From Candidatus Altimarinota bacterium (lineage in GTDB: Bacteria; Patescibacteriota; Gracilibacteria; UBA1369; JBGAUX01): a stretch of 64,000 nt of DNA. This document shows, one piece after another, positions 8,650 to 18,427 of the stretch. Made by a program: the position numbers and the translations under genes. The stretch is from positions 1,805-65,804 of the forward strand of contig JBGAUX010000002.1 in the NCBI GenBank assembly GCA_044228405.1, in the 5' to 3' direction. The first letter of the stretch is position 1. Each line of letters opens with the position of its first letter. The notes beneath the pieces are model-generated. The model did no database searches, had not been told where the DNA came from, and worked only from the letters and a program-made list of their open reading frames with translations.

Positions 8650-9309
8650 ATGGGACAAAAAGTAAATCCAATTGGGTTACGTACAGGCATTATCAGAACT
8701 TGGAATTCTAAATGGTTTGCTAAAAAGAATAAATTCGGCGATCTATTACACCAAGATTTGGCTGTTGAGAAAATGATCATGAAAAAACTGCATGATGCAT
8801 CTATCTCTCACATTGAAATTCAAAGAACAACTAACCAAGTTGGTATCAATATTTTCACAGCTAAACCAGGAGTTATCATTGGTAGATCTGGTACAACAAT
8901 CGAAGCTTTAAAAGCTGATCTTGAAAAACAATTCAAAGACAAATTCAACATTAATATTAAAGAGATTAAAAAACCTGCTTTAAATGCAAATTTATTGGCA
9001 GAAAACATTGCAAGACAAATTGAAAAGAGAGTTTCGTATCGTAGAGCAGCTAAAGTAGCTTTAGAAAAAACTATGGAAGCAGGAGCGCTTGGAGTAAAGA
9101 TATTCGTGACTGGAAGATTGAATGGTGTAGAAATTGCTCGTAGTGAATATTTTTCTAAAGGAACTGTGCCTTTGCACACATTCCGTGCAGATATCGACTA
9201 CGCATCAACACCAGCAATGACAACTTACGGAGCAATCGGTGTAAAAGTATGGATATATAAAGGATTAGTTTTCAAAAAGGCTCATTCAGAAATCGAAGAT
9301 CAAGCTTAA
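8650..9309 (+). CDS. rpsC: 30S ribosomal protein S3
   Basis: 219 aa; MGQKVNPIGLRTGIIRTWNSKWFA... Confidence 0.97.
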   Translation: MGQKVNPIGLRTGIIRTWNSKWFAKKNKFGDLLHQDLAVEKMIMKKLHDASISHIEIQRTTNQVGINIFTAKPGVIIGRSGTTIEALKADLEKQFKDKFNINIKEIKKPALNANLLAENIARQIEKRVSYRRAAKVALEKTMEAGALGVKIFVTGRLNGVEIARSEYFSKGTVPLHTFRADIDYASTPAMTTYGAIGVKVWIYKGLVFKKAHSEIEDQA

Positions 9310-9319
9310 TTAATATAAA

Positions 9320-9742
9320 ATGCTAGTACCAAGAAAAGTAAAACACAGGAAAGTATTTAGAGGCCGAAGTGCCCTAAAAGGCAAGGCTACAAGAGGTAGC
9401 AGAATTGCTTTTGGAACTTTTGCACTTAAAGCTATGACAGCTGGTGAATTGACATCAAGACAAATTGAAGCCGCAAGACGAGCAATGACTCGATATGTAA
9501 AAAGAGGTGGTAAAATTTGGATTAGAGTGTTCCCTCACAAGCCGTTAACAAAGAAAGCAGCTGAAGTACCCATGGGTAGTGGTAAGGGTTCACCTGATAT
9601 CTTTGTAGCAACAACACTTCCTGGAACAATTTTATTTGAAATGGAAGGAGTAACACCAGAAGTAGCGAAAGAAGCAATGATGTTGGCATCACACAAATTA
9701 CCTGTTAAATGTAAATTCTTAGATCTAAATAATCTTATCTAG
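9320..9742 (+). CDS. rplP: 50S ribosomal protein L16
   Basis: 140 aa; [16 protein letters not shown]... Confidence 0.97.
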   Translation: MLVPRKVKHRKVFRGRSALKGKATRGSRIAFGTFALKAMTAGELTSRQIEAARRAMTRYVKRGGKIWIRVFPHKPLTKKAAEVPMGSGKGSPDIFVATTLPGTILFEMEGVTPEVAKEAMMLASHKLPVKCKFLDLNNLI

Positions 9743-9744
9743 TC

Positions 9745-9948
9745 ATGTTAAAAAAAGAAGAGTTAGCAAAATTAGACCACGGCAAGCTTAATCAAGAAGT
9801 GATTAGCTCTAAAAAAACTATGTTTGAAGTTAGATTCAAGGTAAGAGGAGGACAATCTAAGGAGCAACACAAAATTAAAGAGCTAAGAAAGTACATTGCT
9901 CAAGTTAAAACAGCTCAAACTGCTCAAAAACTTAAAGAAGCGAAATAA
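9745..9948 (+). CDS. rpmC: 50S ribosomal protein L29
   Basis: 67 aa; size, sequence and position between rplP and rpsQ. Confidence 0.9.
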   Translation: MLKKEELAKLDHGKLNQEVISSKKTMFEVRFKVRGGQSKEQHKIKELRKYIAQVKTAQTAQKLKEAK

Positions 9949-9971
9949 TTTAAAAATTAATTTAAAGCACA

Positions 9972-10223
9972 ATGCGTACTAAGAAAGGAATTGTAACTAG
10001 CGATAAACAAGATAAAACTGCAGTAGTAACTGTTATAGCTTATAAAGTGCACCCAAAGTACAAAAAGAGATACCAAGTTTCGAAGAAATTTTACGCACAC
10101 GATGAGACAAACGCAGTAAAAGCTGGAGATACAGTAATTATTAAAGAAACTAAGCCACTCAGTAAGCTTAAAAGATGGGAAGTTATTGAAAACTTAGGTA
10201 ATTCACAAGAAGCAACTAATTAA
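9972..10223 (+). CDS. rpsQ: 30S ribosomal protein S17
   Basis: 83 aa; ...[16 protein letters not shown]...[10 protein letters not shown]... Confidence 0.95.
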   Translation: MRTKKGIVTSDKQDKTAVVTVIAYKVHPKYKKRYQVSKKFYAHDETNAVKAGDTVIIKETKPLSKLKRWEVIENLGNSQEATN

Positions 10224-10228
10224 AGACC

Positions 10229-10597
10229 ATGATTCAAGTACAAACAATGTTAAAAGTAGCGGATAACACCGGAGCAAAATCTGTTCAATGTATTAAGGTT
10301 TTGGGCGGTAGTAAAAGAAGATACGCGAGTATTGGTGACATTATTGTAGTAGCAGTTAAAGAAGCTTCACCAAAAGGTGTTGTTAAAAAGAAAGCCGTAG
10401 AAAGAGCGGTAGTTGTAAGATGTAAAAAAGAAATCGGCCGTAAAGACGGTTCATACATAAGATTCGATGAAAACGCAGTAGTGATTATCAATAAAGAATT
10501 ACAACCAAAAGGAACTCGTGTATTTGGACCAATCGCAAGAGAATTAAGAGAAAGAGGATTCCAAAAAATTATTTCTCAAGCACCTGAAGTATTATAG
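10229..10597 (+). CDS. rplN: 50S ribosomal protein L14
   Basis: 122 aa; [17 protein letters not shown]... Confidence 0.98.
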   Translation: MIQVQTMLKVADNTGAKSVQCIKVLGGSKRRYASIGDIIVVAVKEASPKGVVKKKAVERAVVVRCKKEIGRKDGSYIRFDENAVVIINKELQPKGTRVFGPIARELRERGFQKIISQAPEVL

Positions 10598-10612
10598 TAA
10601 TTTCATTCTAAC

Positions 10613-10957
10613 ATGAAGCTTAAAATAGGAGACCAAGTAGTAGTTATAGCAGGCAAAGAAAAGGGTAAAACCGGTAAAATTGCTAGTATCTTGGTAGAAG
10701 CAAACAAAGTAGTTATCGAACAATTAAACATTCGAACTAAACACGTTAAAAAAACTGCGAGCAAAGCAGGTGAAAGAATTCAATACGAAGCGCCAATCGC
10801 AGCTTCAAATGTAATGATTATTGATCCTGAAACTAAAAAGAGAAGTCGTATTGGTTACAAGAGATTAGAAAATGGTAAAAAGCAAAGAGTTTACAAGAGT
10901 TCAAAGAGCGAAATTAAGGACTCAAATATTAAAGTTAAAACTAAGAAAAATGACTAA
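10613..10957 (+). CDS. rplX: 50S ribosomal protein L24
   Basis: 114 aa; KOW motif KIGDQVVVIAGKEKGKTGKI; short Lys-rich C-terminal tail. Confidence 0.95.
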   Translation: MKLKIGDQVVVIAGKEKGKTGKIASILVEANKVVIEQLNIRTKHVKKTASKAGERIQYEAPIAASNVMIIDPETKKRSRIGYKRLENGKKQRVYKSSKSEIKDSNIKVKTKKND

Positions 10958-11522
10958 AGCACCTATGAAATTAAGGGAAAGATACGCTAAGGAGATTGCT
11001 CCTAAATTAAAAAAGGATTTAGGTTGTAAGAATTCTAGCGAAGTACCGAAGGTAACAAAAATCACAGTTAATGTTGGTGTTGGTAGCCTTGTAGCTGCAG
11101 GCAATAAGGATCTAACCGATGTAATTGAAAATGTACGCATGATTACAGGTCAACAACCAGTTGTTAAAAATGCTAAAAAAGCGATTTCAAATTTCAAACT
11201 AAGAGAAGGTATGCCTGTGGGTATTAGTGTTACATTAAGAGGTGAGAGAATGTACGATTTTATCAGCAAGTTGGTGAGTGTAACATTGCCTCGAGTAAGA
11301 GACTTTAGAGGAATCACAACAAAGGCATTTGATAAGCAGGGGAATTACTCTCTAGGCTTTCCGGATCATTTGGTTTTCGCTGAAATCAATCCTGATGACA
11401 TCACAAAAGTGCATGGTATTCAGGTTTGTATAACAACAACAGCAAAAAACGCTCAAGATGGTCACGCTTTATTACGAGAAATGGGATTCCCTTTCCGTGA
11501 AGATAGAGCATCTAAGCAATAA
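10950..11522 (+). CDS. rplE: 50S ribosomal protein L5
   Basis: The track ORF starts at 10872 inside rplX. I chose the ATG at 10950 (MTKAPMKLRERYAKEIAPKL...), an 8-nt overlap with the rplX stop; the ATG at 10965 is also possible. Confidence 0.9.
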   Translation: MTKAPMKLRERYAKEIAPKLKKDLGCKNSSEVPKVTKITVNVGVGSLVAAGNKDLTDVIENVRMITGQQPVVKNAKKAISNFKLREGMPVGISVTLRGERMYDFISKLVSVTLPRVRDFRGITTKAFDKQGNYSLGFPDHLVFAEINPDDITKVHGIQVCITTTAKNAQDGHALLREMGFPFREDRASKQ

Positions 11523-11539
11523 ACAATTAACAAACTATC

Positions 11540-11764
11540 ATGGCTCGAACCGCACTAGTAGTAAAAACAAATCGAAGATTAAAGAAACGTGAACAAGCGC
11601 GTGCCAATGGTGAAAAAGAAAAATTTTCCACACGCACTTACCACAGATGTAGACTATGTGGACGAACAGGTTCTTACATTAAAATGTTCCAACTATGTAG
11701 AATTTGTTTCCGTGAACATGCTCAAAATGGAAAAATAATGGGAGTGAAAAAATCTTCTTGGTAA
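11540..11764 (+). CDS. rpsN: 30S ribosomal protein S14, zinc-binding type
   Basis: 74 aa; two CxxC pairs (CRLCGRTG...CRICFRE); C-terminal ...GVKKSSW. Confidence 0.93.
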   Translation: MARTALVVKTNRRLKKREQARANGEKEKFSTRTYHRCRLCGRTGSYIKMFQLCRICFREHAQNGKIMGVKKSSW

Positions 11765-11781
11765 TAATAACTATAAATAAC

Positions 11782-12165
11782 ATGCACACAGATCCAATAG
11801 CAGACCTGCTAACACGAATTAGAAACGCACACATGAGAGGAAGAACTACTGTAGTTATGCCTTACTCAAAGATGAAAGGAGAAATTGTTAAAATTCTTAA
11901 AGCTAACAAATTCATTGTTGATTTTGCGGAGAAAAAAGAAACAGCCTTCAAAGAATTGATAGTAACACTAAAAGAAGATAAAGTTGATTTTGCTCTTAAA
12001 AGAGTGAGTACACCAGGACAAAGAATTTATATTAAAGCATCTGAAATCAAGAAGGTTAAAAATGGCTTGGGTATTGGAATTATTTCAACTTCACAAGGCG
12101 TAATGACAACTAAAGAAGCTAGAGAAAAAGGATTGGGCGGAGAATTAATGTGTGAAATTTCTTAA
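11782..12165 (+). CDS. rpsH: 30S ribosomal protein S8
   Basis: I chose the ATG at 11782 (MHTDPIADLLTRIRNAHM...); the track start at 11758 overlaps the rpsN stop. Confidence 0.93.
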   Translation: MHTDPIADLLTRIRNAHMRGRTTVVMPYSKMKGEIVKILKANKFIVDFAEKKETAFKELIVTLKEDKVDFALKRVSTPGQRIYIKASEIKKVKNGLGIGIISTSQGVMTTKEAREKGLGGELMCEIS

Positions 12166-12184
12166 TTAACATAACTTAGATAAT

Positions 12185-12736
12185 ATGTCTCGAGTAGGAA
12201 AAGTACCGGTAACTATACCAGCCGGCGTAGAAGTAAATATCGACAAAAACAACCTTGTTAGCGTTAAAGGTCCAAAGGGCGAACTACAAGTTCAAATTCA
12301 CCCAAATATGACTTTAACAATCGCCGACAATCAAATTAAATTCAAAAGAAAATCTGATGAAAAATTTGATAAGGCTCTACATGGTTTATCAAGAAGCTTA
12401 ACTCAAAATGCCGTACAAGGTGTTACAGAAGGCTTTGAAAAGCAATTAGAAATCATTGGTGTGGGTTACAGAGCAGAAGCAAGTGGAGGAAGAAACATCA
12501 AATTAAGTCTAGGTTTTTCTCATCCAGTAGAATACGAAGCGCCAGAAGGAATTACAATCGAAATGGGTGGAGAAAAGAAAAACATGATCATTGTAAAAGG
12601 TATAAACAAACAATATGTTGGAGAAGTAGCTGCAAAGATTCGTTCTTTCAGACCACCTGAACCATATAAAGGTAAAGGTATTAAATACACAACAGAGCGT
12701 ATTGTTAGAAAAGCAGGTAAAGCTGCAGCTAAGTAA
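12185..12736 (+). CDS. rplF: 50S ribosomal protein L6
   Basis: 183 aa; MSRVGKVPVTIPAGVEV... Confidence 0.97.
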   Translation: MSRVGKVPVTIPAGVEVNIDKNNLVSVKGPKGELQVQIHPNMTLTIADNQIKFKRKSDEKFDKALHGLSRSLTQNAVQGVTEGFEKQLEIIGVGYRAEASGGRNIKLSLGFSHPVEYEAPEGITIEMGGEKKNMIIVKGINKQYVGEVAAKIRSFRPPEPYKGKGIKYTTERIVRKAGKAAAK

Positions 12737-12761
12737 ACTTAAACACTAATTTTCAAGTAAA

Positions 12762-13112
12762 ATGACTACAAGTACGAAACTTATAAACAGAGAAAAACGA
12801 CACAAAAGAGTGCGAGCCAAAATCAGTGGCACGGCCCAAAGACCTCGATTATTTGTGTATCGAAGTTTGAATAATAACTACGCACAATTAATCGATGATG
12901 TAGCAGGTAAAACTTTACTGAGTGTTTCAGATCTTAAAATGAAAAAAGCAGGCACAAAAGTGGAAATGGCAAAAAAAGTTGGAGAAGAAGTGGCTAAAAA
13001 AGCTCAAGATTTGAAAATTACAACTTGTGTTTTCGATAAAAATGGATATAAATATCACGGCAGAGTTAAAGCCATTGCCGACGGAGCCCGTGAAGGTGGC
13101 CTACAATTCTAG
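12762..13112 (+). CDS. rplR: 50S ribosomal protein L18
   Basis: 116 aa; ...[20 protein letters not shown]... Confidence 0.96.
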   Translation: MTTSTKLINREKRHKRVRAKISGTAQRPRLFVYRSLNNNYAQLIDDVAGKTLLSVSDLKMKKAGTKVEMAKKVGEEVAKKAQDLKITTCVFDKNGYKYHGRVKAIADGAREGGLQF

Positions 13113-13131
13113 TATTTAACCTTAAAAAACT

Positions 13132-13836
13132 GTGAGTAAACCAGCACACAAAAACAACATGCAAGTAAGAGAAGTAAAGGAATTCGATGAAGAAGTGATT
13201 CAAATTGATCGTGTAGTCCGCGTTGTTAAAGGTGGTCGCAGATTGAGATTTAGAGCAACAGTAGCTATTGGTAACAGAAGAGGACAAGTTGGTGTAGGAG
13301 TTGGAAAATCAAACGAAGTTACAGGTGCTATTCAAAAAGCAATTGCTAAAGCCAAGAAAACTTTAGTAACTGTGCCAATTTATAATGGAACAATCCCCCA
13401 CGACCTTAAATTTAAGTTTAAGAGTTGTAAATTGTTAGTTATGAGAGCATCACCTGGTACTGGTATTATTGCTGGTGGACCAATTCGTAAAATTGCTCAC
13501 CTTGCAGGTATCAAAAACATCTTGAGCAAATCAACAGGTTCAAACAATCGTTTAAACATGGCTCAAGCAACTATTGCAGCCTTTAGAAAACTTCAAGAAT
13601 TACCATGGGCTCAAAAAGATGTAATCCCAAAAGCCGAACCTAAACCACAACCACAAAATAACAGACAAGGACAAAGACACGGCGGTGGTAACAATAGAAA
13701 CCACGGCGGAAATAACAGAGGTGGACAAGCACCACAAGCTCAAGAGACTCCTGTGGCAACGGCACCAGCCGTAAAAACAGAAGCTAAAGTAGAAGCTCAA
13801 CCAGCAGTAGCTGTTGAGGAAACAAAATCAGAATAA
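13132..13836 (+). CDS. rpsE: 30S ribosomal protein S5 with ~75-aa Q/N/G/P/A-rich C-terminal extension
   Basis: 234 aa; S5 core ...VVRVVKGGRRLRFRATVAIGN...; GTG start at 13132 (the ATG at 13159 is an alternative); tail ...QNNRQGQRHGGGNNRNHGGNNRGGQAPQAQ... Confidence 0.93.
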   Translation: MSKPAHKNNMQVREVKEFDEEVIQIDRVVRVVKGGRRLRFRATVAIGNRRGQVGVGVGKSNEVTGAIQKAIAKAKKTLVTVPIYNGTIPHDLKFKFKSCKLLVMRASPGTGIIAGGPIRKIAHLAGIKNILSKSTGSNNRLNMAQATIAAFRKLQELPWAQKDVIPKAEPKPQPQNNRQGQRHGGGNNRNHGGNNRGGQAPQAQETPVATAPAVKTEAKVEAQPAVAVEETKSE

Positions 13837-13853
13837 TTTAACAGCAAGATCAA

Positions 13854-14366
13854 ATGTCAGAACTTTTAGATTTAAAACCAAATAAAGGCAGAGTTAAAAA
13901 GAGCAAAAGACTCGGTAGAGGTAATGCCTCTGGAAAAGGAACCTACGCTGGTAAAGGTGTAAAAGGTCAAACTGCTAGAAGTGGCGGTAAAAGAAGACCA
14001 GGTTTTGAAGGTGGCCAAACACCATTTATTCGAAAAATGCCTAAGTTAAAAGGTTTCCGCAATATCAATCAAGTTACATTTCAAGTAGTAAATGTTTCAG
14101 CGCTTAACATCTACGAAGATAATGATGTTGTTGACATTGTTTCACTTTACGACAAAAAACTTATCTCTAGTAATTCTAAGCCAGTAAAAATACTTGGCGA
14201 TGGTGAATTAACTAAAAAACTTGAAATTAAAGCAGATAAGATTTCTCAGTCTGCTCAAGAAAAAATCACTAAAGCATCTGGATCTTTTCAAGAGTTAATG
14301 GTAAAAGTTGAGAAGGTTAAAAAACTTGCAAAAAAGGTGAAGAACCTTCCGAAAAAAGCAAAATAA
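13854..14366 (+). CDS. rplO: 50S ribosomal protein L15
   Basis: 170 aa; ...RLGRGNASGKGTYAGKGVKGQ...; follows rpsE directly with no rpmD; Lys-rich C-terminal tail. Confidence 0.95.
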   Translation: MSELLDLKPNKGRVKKSKRLGRGNASGKGTYAGKGVKGQTARSGGKRRPGFEGGQTPFIRKMPKLKGFRNINQVTFQVVNVSALNIYEDNDVVDIVSLYDKKLISSNSKPVKILGDGELTKKLEIKADKISQSAQEKITKASGSFQELMVKVEKVKKLAKKVKNLPKKAK

Positions 14367-14378
14367 CACTCAACTGTA

Positions 14379-15680
14379 ATGCTGGCTTATCTCCAACAAA
14401 TCTGGACCTCTAAAGATCTAAGAAAGAAAATACTTTTTACTCTTTTTATTGTAGTTGTTTACAGAATCCTAACTCAAATTAGTATTCCTGGAGCAAATTT
14501 AGCTGCAGTTAAACAAATTTTCGACACCAACCAATTTTTAGGAGCATTCAGCGTATTAACAGGTGGTAGTGCAGAAAACTTTTCAATCGTATTAATGGGA
14601 CTTTCACCTTATATTAATGCGTCAATTATCATTCAATTATTAAGTGTTGTAGTACCAAAATTAGAAACCCTTTCTAAGGAAGGTGATGCTGGCAGAAGAA
14701 AATTAAACAGTTACACACGATGGTTAACATTGCCGTTAGCCTTTTTGCAGTCTTACGGAATGATTGTACTTTTAAATTCACAAGCTCAAGGAGTACAAAT
14801 TGTTGAAGGTATAAACGAAGCAAGTATTATTTTACCTATCATGGTAACAATTACCGCAGGTACATTATTATTAATGTGGCTAGGTGAAATGATAAGTGAA
14901 AAAGGTATTGGTAACGGTATTTCAATCATTATCTTTGCAAGTATTATTTCTGGAGTGCCTACAGTATTTGGACAAAGCTTATTTTTAGCGCAAGAAGATT
15001 CAGAAAAAATTCTACCATTTGCAGTAATAGTTTTAATGACAATTGCCCTTACTATATTAGTGGTAATAGTTAATGAAGGTGTTAGAAATGTACCAATTAC
15101 TTACGCTGGGAGAGGTGTAAAAAGCAAAAGTGATCAATCTTCATTGCCTTTAAGAATCAATCAAGCAGGTATGATACCTATTATCTTTGCTATTTCAGTT
15201 TTATCTTTTCCACAAGTTTTAGGTAATTTATTATTATCGGCAAAAACGGAATGGGTACGAGCAGTTGGCGAATTTATGTCGACAGCTATTCAACAAAACT
15301 CAATAACTTACATGATAACTTATTTCTTGTTAGTGTTTGCTTTTACATATTTTTATGTGAGCATCACCTTCAATCCAGAACAAGTTGCAGAAAACATTCA
15401 AAAACGCGGTGGTTATGTGCCAGGTTTAAGGCCAGGTACTCAAACTGCAGAATACTTACAAAAAACTTCAAACCGATTAACATTCTTTGGTGGTGTATTT
15501 ATAGGCTTCATTGCCGTATCTCCCCTACTTATTCAAGCACTATTCACTAATTTAGATTTTGGTACAATGCCTTTAATCATTAGTGGAGCAGGTATGATTA
15601 TTATTGTGGGTGTAGTTTTAGACTTAATTAGACAAGTTAACGCACAACTAGTGCTTAACGACTACAGTAGATACTACTAG
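14379..15680 (+). CDS. secY: Preprotein translocase subunit SecY
   Basis: 433 aa multi-pass membrane protein; ...LGEMISEKGIGNGISIIIFA... SecY motif; canonical position. Confidence 0.97.
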   Translation: MLAYLQQIWTSKDLRKKILFTLFIVVVYRILTQISIPGANLAAVKQIFDTNQFLGAFSVLTGGSAENFSIVLMGLSPYINASIIIQLLSVVVPKLETLSKEGDAGRRKLNSYTRWLTLPLAFLQSYGMIVLLNSQAQGVQIVEGINEASIILPIMVTITAGTLLLMWLGEMISEKGIGNGISIIIFASIISGVPTVFGQSLFLAQEDSEKILPFAVIVLMTIALTILVVIVNEGVRNVPITYAGRGVKSKSDQSSLPLRINQAGMIPIIFAISVLSFPQVLGNLLLSAKTEWVRAVGEFMSTAIQQNSITYMITYFLLVFAFTYFYVSITFNPEQVAENIQKRGGYVPGLRPGTQTAEYLQKTSNRLTFFGGVFIGFIAVSPLLIQALFTNLDFGTMPLIISGAGMIIIVGVVLDLIRQVNAQLVLNDYSRYY

Positions 15681-15707
15681 ACCAATTCTCTTAAGATATA
15701 TTTTCAT

Positions 15708-16343
15708 ATGGACGTTGTACTATTTGGCATTCAAGGATCCGGAAAAGGAACACAGGGCCAATACCTTTGCAAAAAATTCAACCTACATTTATTTGAAACA
15801 GGTGGCGAATTAAGAAGACTATCTCAAGAAGAAAGTGAGCTTGGTAAAAAAATTAAATCAATTATCGAAGCGGGACACCTTGTGCCAACCGAAGTGGTAA
15901 TGGAGATTATCGAAAACTTTATGTCTACCCTACCGGCAGGTGCCAATATTTTATTTGATGGCATTCCTCGCAAAGCCGATCAAGCAAAAGCTTTTAACAA
16001 ATTAATGGCCGATGCAGAAAGAGATTTTATTGGTGTTTTAATTGAAATTCCAAAAGAAGAAGCTTTAAATAGATTATTAGGTCGAAGACTTTGCCCAGTT
16101 TGTAAAACAGTTTATCCAAAAGATTACACTGCAAGCGTTTGTGAAAAAGATCAAACCCCGCTCACAACCCGAAGTGACGATAATCCAGAAAGTATAACTA
16201 ACAGGCTAGAAGCATTTTTTACAGAAACAATGCCTGTAATTGAAACCTACGAAAACAACGAACAAATTATCAAAGTAAATGGGTTACAAGAAATAGAAAA
16301 AGTAACCGAAGAATTATTTGAAAAATTAAACGGAATTATTTAA
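15708..16343 (+). CDS. adk: Adenylate kinase
   Basis: 211 aa; P-loop GIQGSGKGTQ; lid segment with CPVC; canonical position after secY. Confidence 0.93.
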   Translation: MDVVLFGIQGSGKGTQGQYLCKKFNLHLFETGGELRRLSQEESELGKKIKSIIEAGHLVPTEVVMEIIENFMSTLPAGANILFDGIPRKADQAKAFNKLMADAERDFIGVLIEIPKEEALNRLLGRRLCPVCKTVYPKDYTASVCEKDQTPLTTRSDDNPESITNRLEAFFTETMPVIETYENNEQIIKVNGLQEIEKVTEELFEKLNGII

Positions 16344-17092
16344 TGTTTAGAGCAAAAACACCACAAGAAATAGAAAGCATGCGCAAAGCGGGTAAAGTTT
16401 TGGCGACTATTTTGAATGAAGTAACACAAATGGCAAAACCAGGTGTTACACCAAAACAAATTGATGCAAAAGCCGAACAAATGATGAAAGACGCCGGCGT
16501 TTTACCTTCATTTAAAGGTTACCATGGCTACCCTGCCGTAACTTGTATTTCCGTTAATGAAGAAGTTGTACACACAATACCTAGTAACCGCGAATTAAAA
16601 GACGGCGATTTAGTGAAAATAGATTGTGGAGTTGTTGTAAATAAACTTCATTCCGATGCTGCCAGACAAGTATTGGTTGGCAAAGTGAGCCCAGCGATAG
16701 AACATTTTGCTGCGAGCGCAGAGAGAGCACTCTATGCAGGTATCAAAGCAGCCAGAGCCGGCAACACAGTTTATGATATAAGCTCTGCTATTCAAAACTC
16801 TGTTCATGCCGATAAATACGAAGTTGTAAGAGAGCTAACTGGCCACGGAATTGGTTATAGTTTGCACGAAGAACCACATATCCCAAATTGCAAAGAATCC
16901 TTTACGAAAAAAATTAAGTTAATAGAAGGTATGACAATTGCAATTGAGCCGATTTTAACGATGGGAAAGCCAAAAATAAAAACACTAGCAGATGGTTGGA
17001 CCATTGTGACAGTGGATAATTCCATTGCTACACAGTCTGAGCACACGATTTTAATTACTAGAAATGAACCAGAGATACTAACAATGTTGTAA
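16343..17092 (+). CDS. map: Methionine aminopeptidase type I
   Basis: 249 aa; ...VVHTIP...DLVKIDCGV...HGIG...IEPIL...EHTILIT; TAATG overlap with the adk stop. Confidence 0.95.
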   Translation: MFRAKTPQEIESMRKAGKVLATILNEVTQMAKPGVTPKQIDAKAEQMMKDAGVLPSFKGYHGYPAVTCISVNEEVVHTIPSNRELKDGDLVKIDCGVVVNKLHSDAARQVLVGKVSPAIEHFAASAERALYAGIKAARAGNTVYDISSAIQNSVHADKYEVVRELTGHGIGYSLHEEPHIPNCKESFTKKIKLIEGMTIAIEPILTMGKPKIKTLADGWTIVTVDNSIATQSEHTILITRNEPEILTML

Positions 17093-17156
17093 CACAACAT
17101 TTACAAAATAAAGCAAGCGGTTTGGGGTAATATGACAAAGTATAACAATTTTCCCC

Positions 17157-17185
17157 TTGCAACAAGGCAAACGCTTCGCTAAAAT
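17157..17185 (+). promoter_or_regulatory. Promoter candidate upstream of infA (TTGCAA-N17-TAAAAT)
   Basis: TTGCAA 17157-17162, 17-nt spacer, TAAAAT 17180-17185. Confidence 0.45.
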
Positions 17186-17212
17186 CCAATAGCTTTTTTT
17201 TAGAAAAGATAG

Positions 17213-17467
17213 ATGTCAAAAGAGGTTATAGAAGTTGTAGGAAGAGTCGTCGAACCATTGCCAAACGGCATGTTTAAAGTAGAAATCGTTGATGACACAT
17301 TTACTGAAATGCAGGGCAAAATTATCAATGCCCACATCTCGGGGAAAATCAGAATAAATTTTATCCGTATATTGCCGGGAGACAAGGTAACTCTTGAACT
17401 CTCCCCTTACGACCTTGAAAAAGGTCGAATTACATTCCGTCATAAAGAACAAAGTCATGAAAGTTAG
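17213..17467 (+). CDS. infA: Translation initiation factor IF-1
   Basis: 84 aa; ...[13 protein letters not shown]...[39 protein letters not shown]... Confidence 0.95.
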   Translation: MSKEVIEVVGRVVEPLPNGMFKVEIVDDTFTEMQGKIINAHISGKIRINFIRILPGDKVTLELSPYDLEKGRITFRHKEQSHES

Positions 17468-17570
17468 ATCATCAGTAAAAAAAATATGTATTAAATGCCA
17501 AGTTATACGACGTCGTCGTGTAGTGAGAGTGATTTGTACAACAGCTAAACATAAACAACGTCAAGGTTAA
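17457..17570 (+). CDS. rpmJ: 50S ribosomal protein L36 (not in the supplied ORF track)
   Basis: Hand translation gives [37 protein letters not shown] (37 aa); the ATG at 17457 overlaps the infA 3' end by 11 nt. Confidence 0.93.
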   Translation: MKVRSSVKKICIKCQVIRRRRVVRVICTTAKHKQRQG

Positions 17571-17590
17571 TATTCACTTAAGAATTTAGT

Positions 17591-17965
17591 ATGGCCCGTA
17601 TTGCAGGAATAAATTTACCAAAAGATAAACGTATAGAAGCCGGACTTACAGCTATATTTGGAATTGGCAGAAACATGAGTCGCCAAATATTAGAAAAGTT
17701 AAAGATCGAAAAAGATAAAAAGGTTAAAGATCTTAGCGAAAACGATGTAACAAAATTGCGTGAAGAAATTGGTAAAATCGTAACAGAAGGTGATTTACGC
17801 CGAAAAGTTTCACTAGATATTAAAAACTTACAAGATATTGGATGTTACAGAGGTTTAAGACACAAGAAGGGCTTACCTTCAAGAGGTCAAAGAACTAAAA
17901 CTAACGCTCGTACTAAAAAGGGTAAGAGAAAGACTGTAGCTAATAAAAAGATAGCTACTAAATAA
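17591..17965 (+). CDS. rpsM: 30S ribosomal protein S13
   Basis: 124 aa; [26 protein letters not shown]... Confidence 0.97.
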   Translation: MARIAGINLPKDKRIEAGLTAIFGIGRNMSRQILEKLKIEKDKKVKDLSENDVTKLREEIGKIVTEGDLRRKVSLDIKNLQDIGCYRGLRHKKGLPSRGQRTKTNARTKKGKRKTVANKKIATK

Positions 17966-17983
17966 TCATTTTAAGTAAATTAT

Positions 17984-18397
17984 ATGGCAATTACTAAGTC
18001 AAAAGACAAGAAGGGTGCAGCTGCAGCAGTAAAAAAAGCTCGAAGACGAAGTTTGGTTGAAGGACTTGCTTATATTCAAGCGGGACTTAATAACACAATC
18101 GTAACCATTACAGACACAAAAGGTGATGTAGTAGCGTGGAGTAGTTCTGGTTCAAGTGGATTTAAAGGAGCTAGAAAAGCTACACCATATGCAGCTCAAA
18201 TTGCAGCAGAAAATGCAGCAAATAAAGCTAAAGCGTTTGGATTGGAAAAAGTAGATGTTTATGTAAAAGGAGTTGGCAACGGTAGAGATCAAGCAACTCG
18301 TGGATTGCACACAGCAGGATTAACAATCACAACTATTACTGATGTAACTCCGGTTCCACATAACGGTTGTAGAAAAAAGAAAGCTCGAAGAGTTTAA
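17984..18397 (+). CDS. rpsK: 30S ribosomal protein S11
   Basis: 137 aa; ...[30 protein letters not shown]... Confidence 0.97.
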   Translation: MAITKSKDKKGAAAAVKKARRRSLVEGLAYIQAGLNNTIVTITDTKGDVVAWSSSGSSGFKGARKATPYAAQIAAENAANKAKAFGLEKVDVYVKGVGNGRDQATRGLHTAGLTITTITDVTPVPHNGCRKKKARRV

Positions 18398-18427
18398 ACT
18401 TAAAAGTATTAATTAACAAAGTATTTA

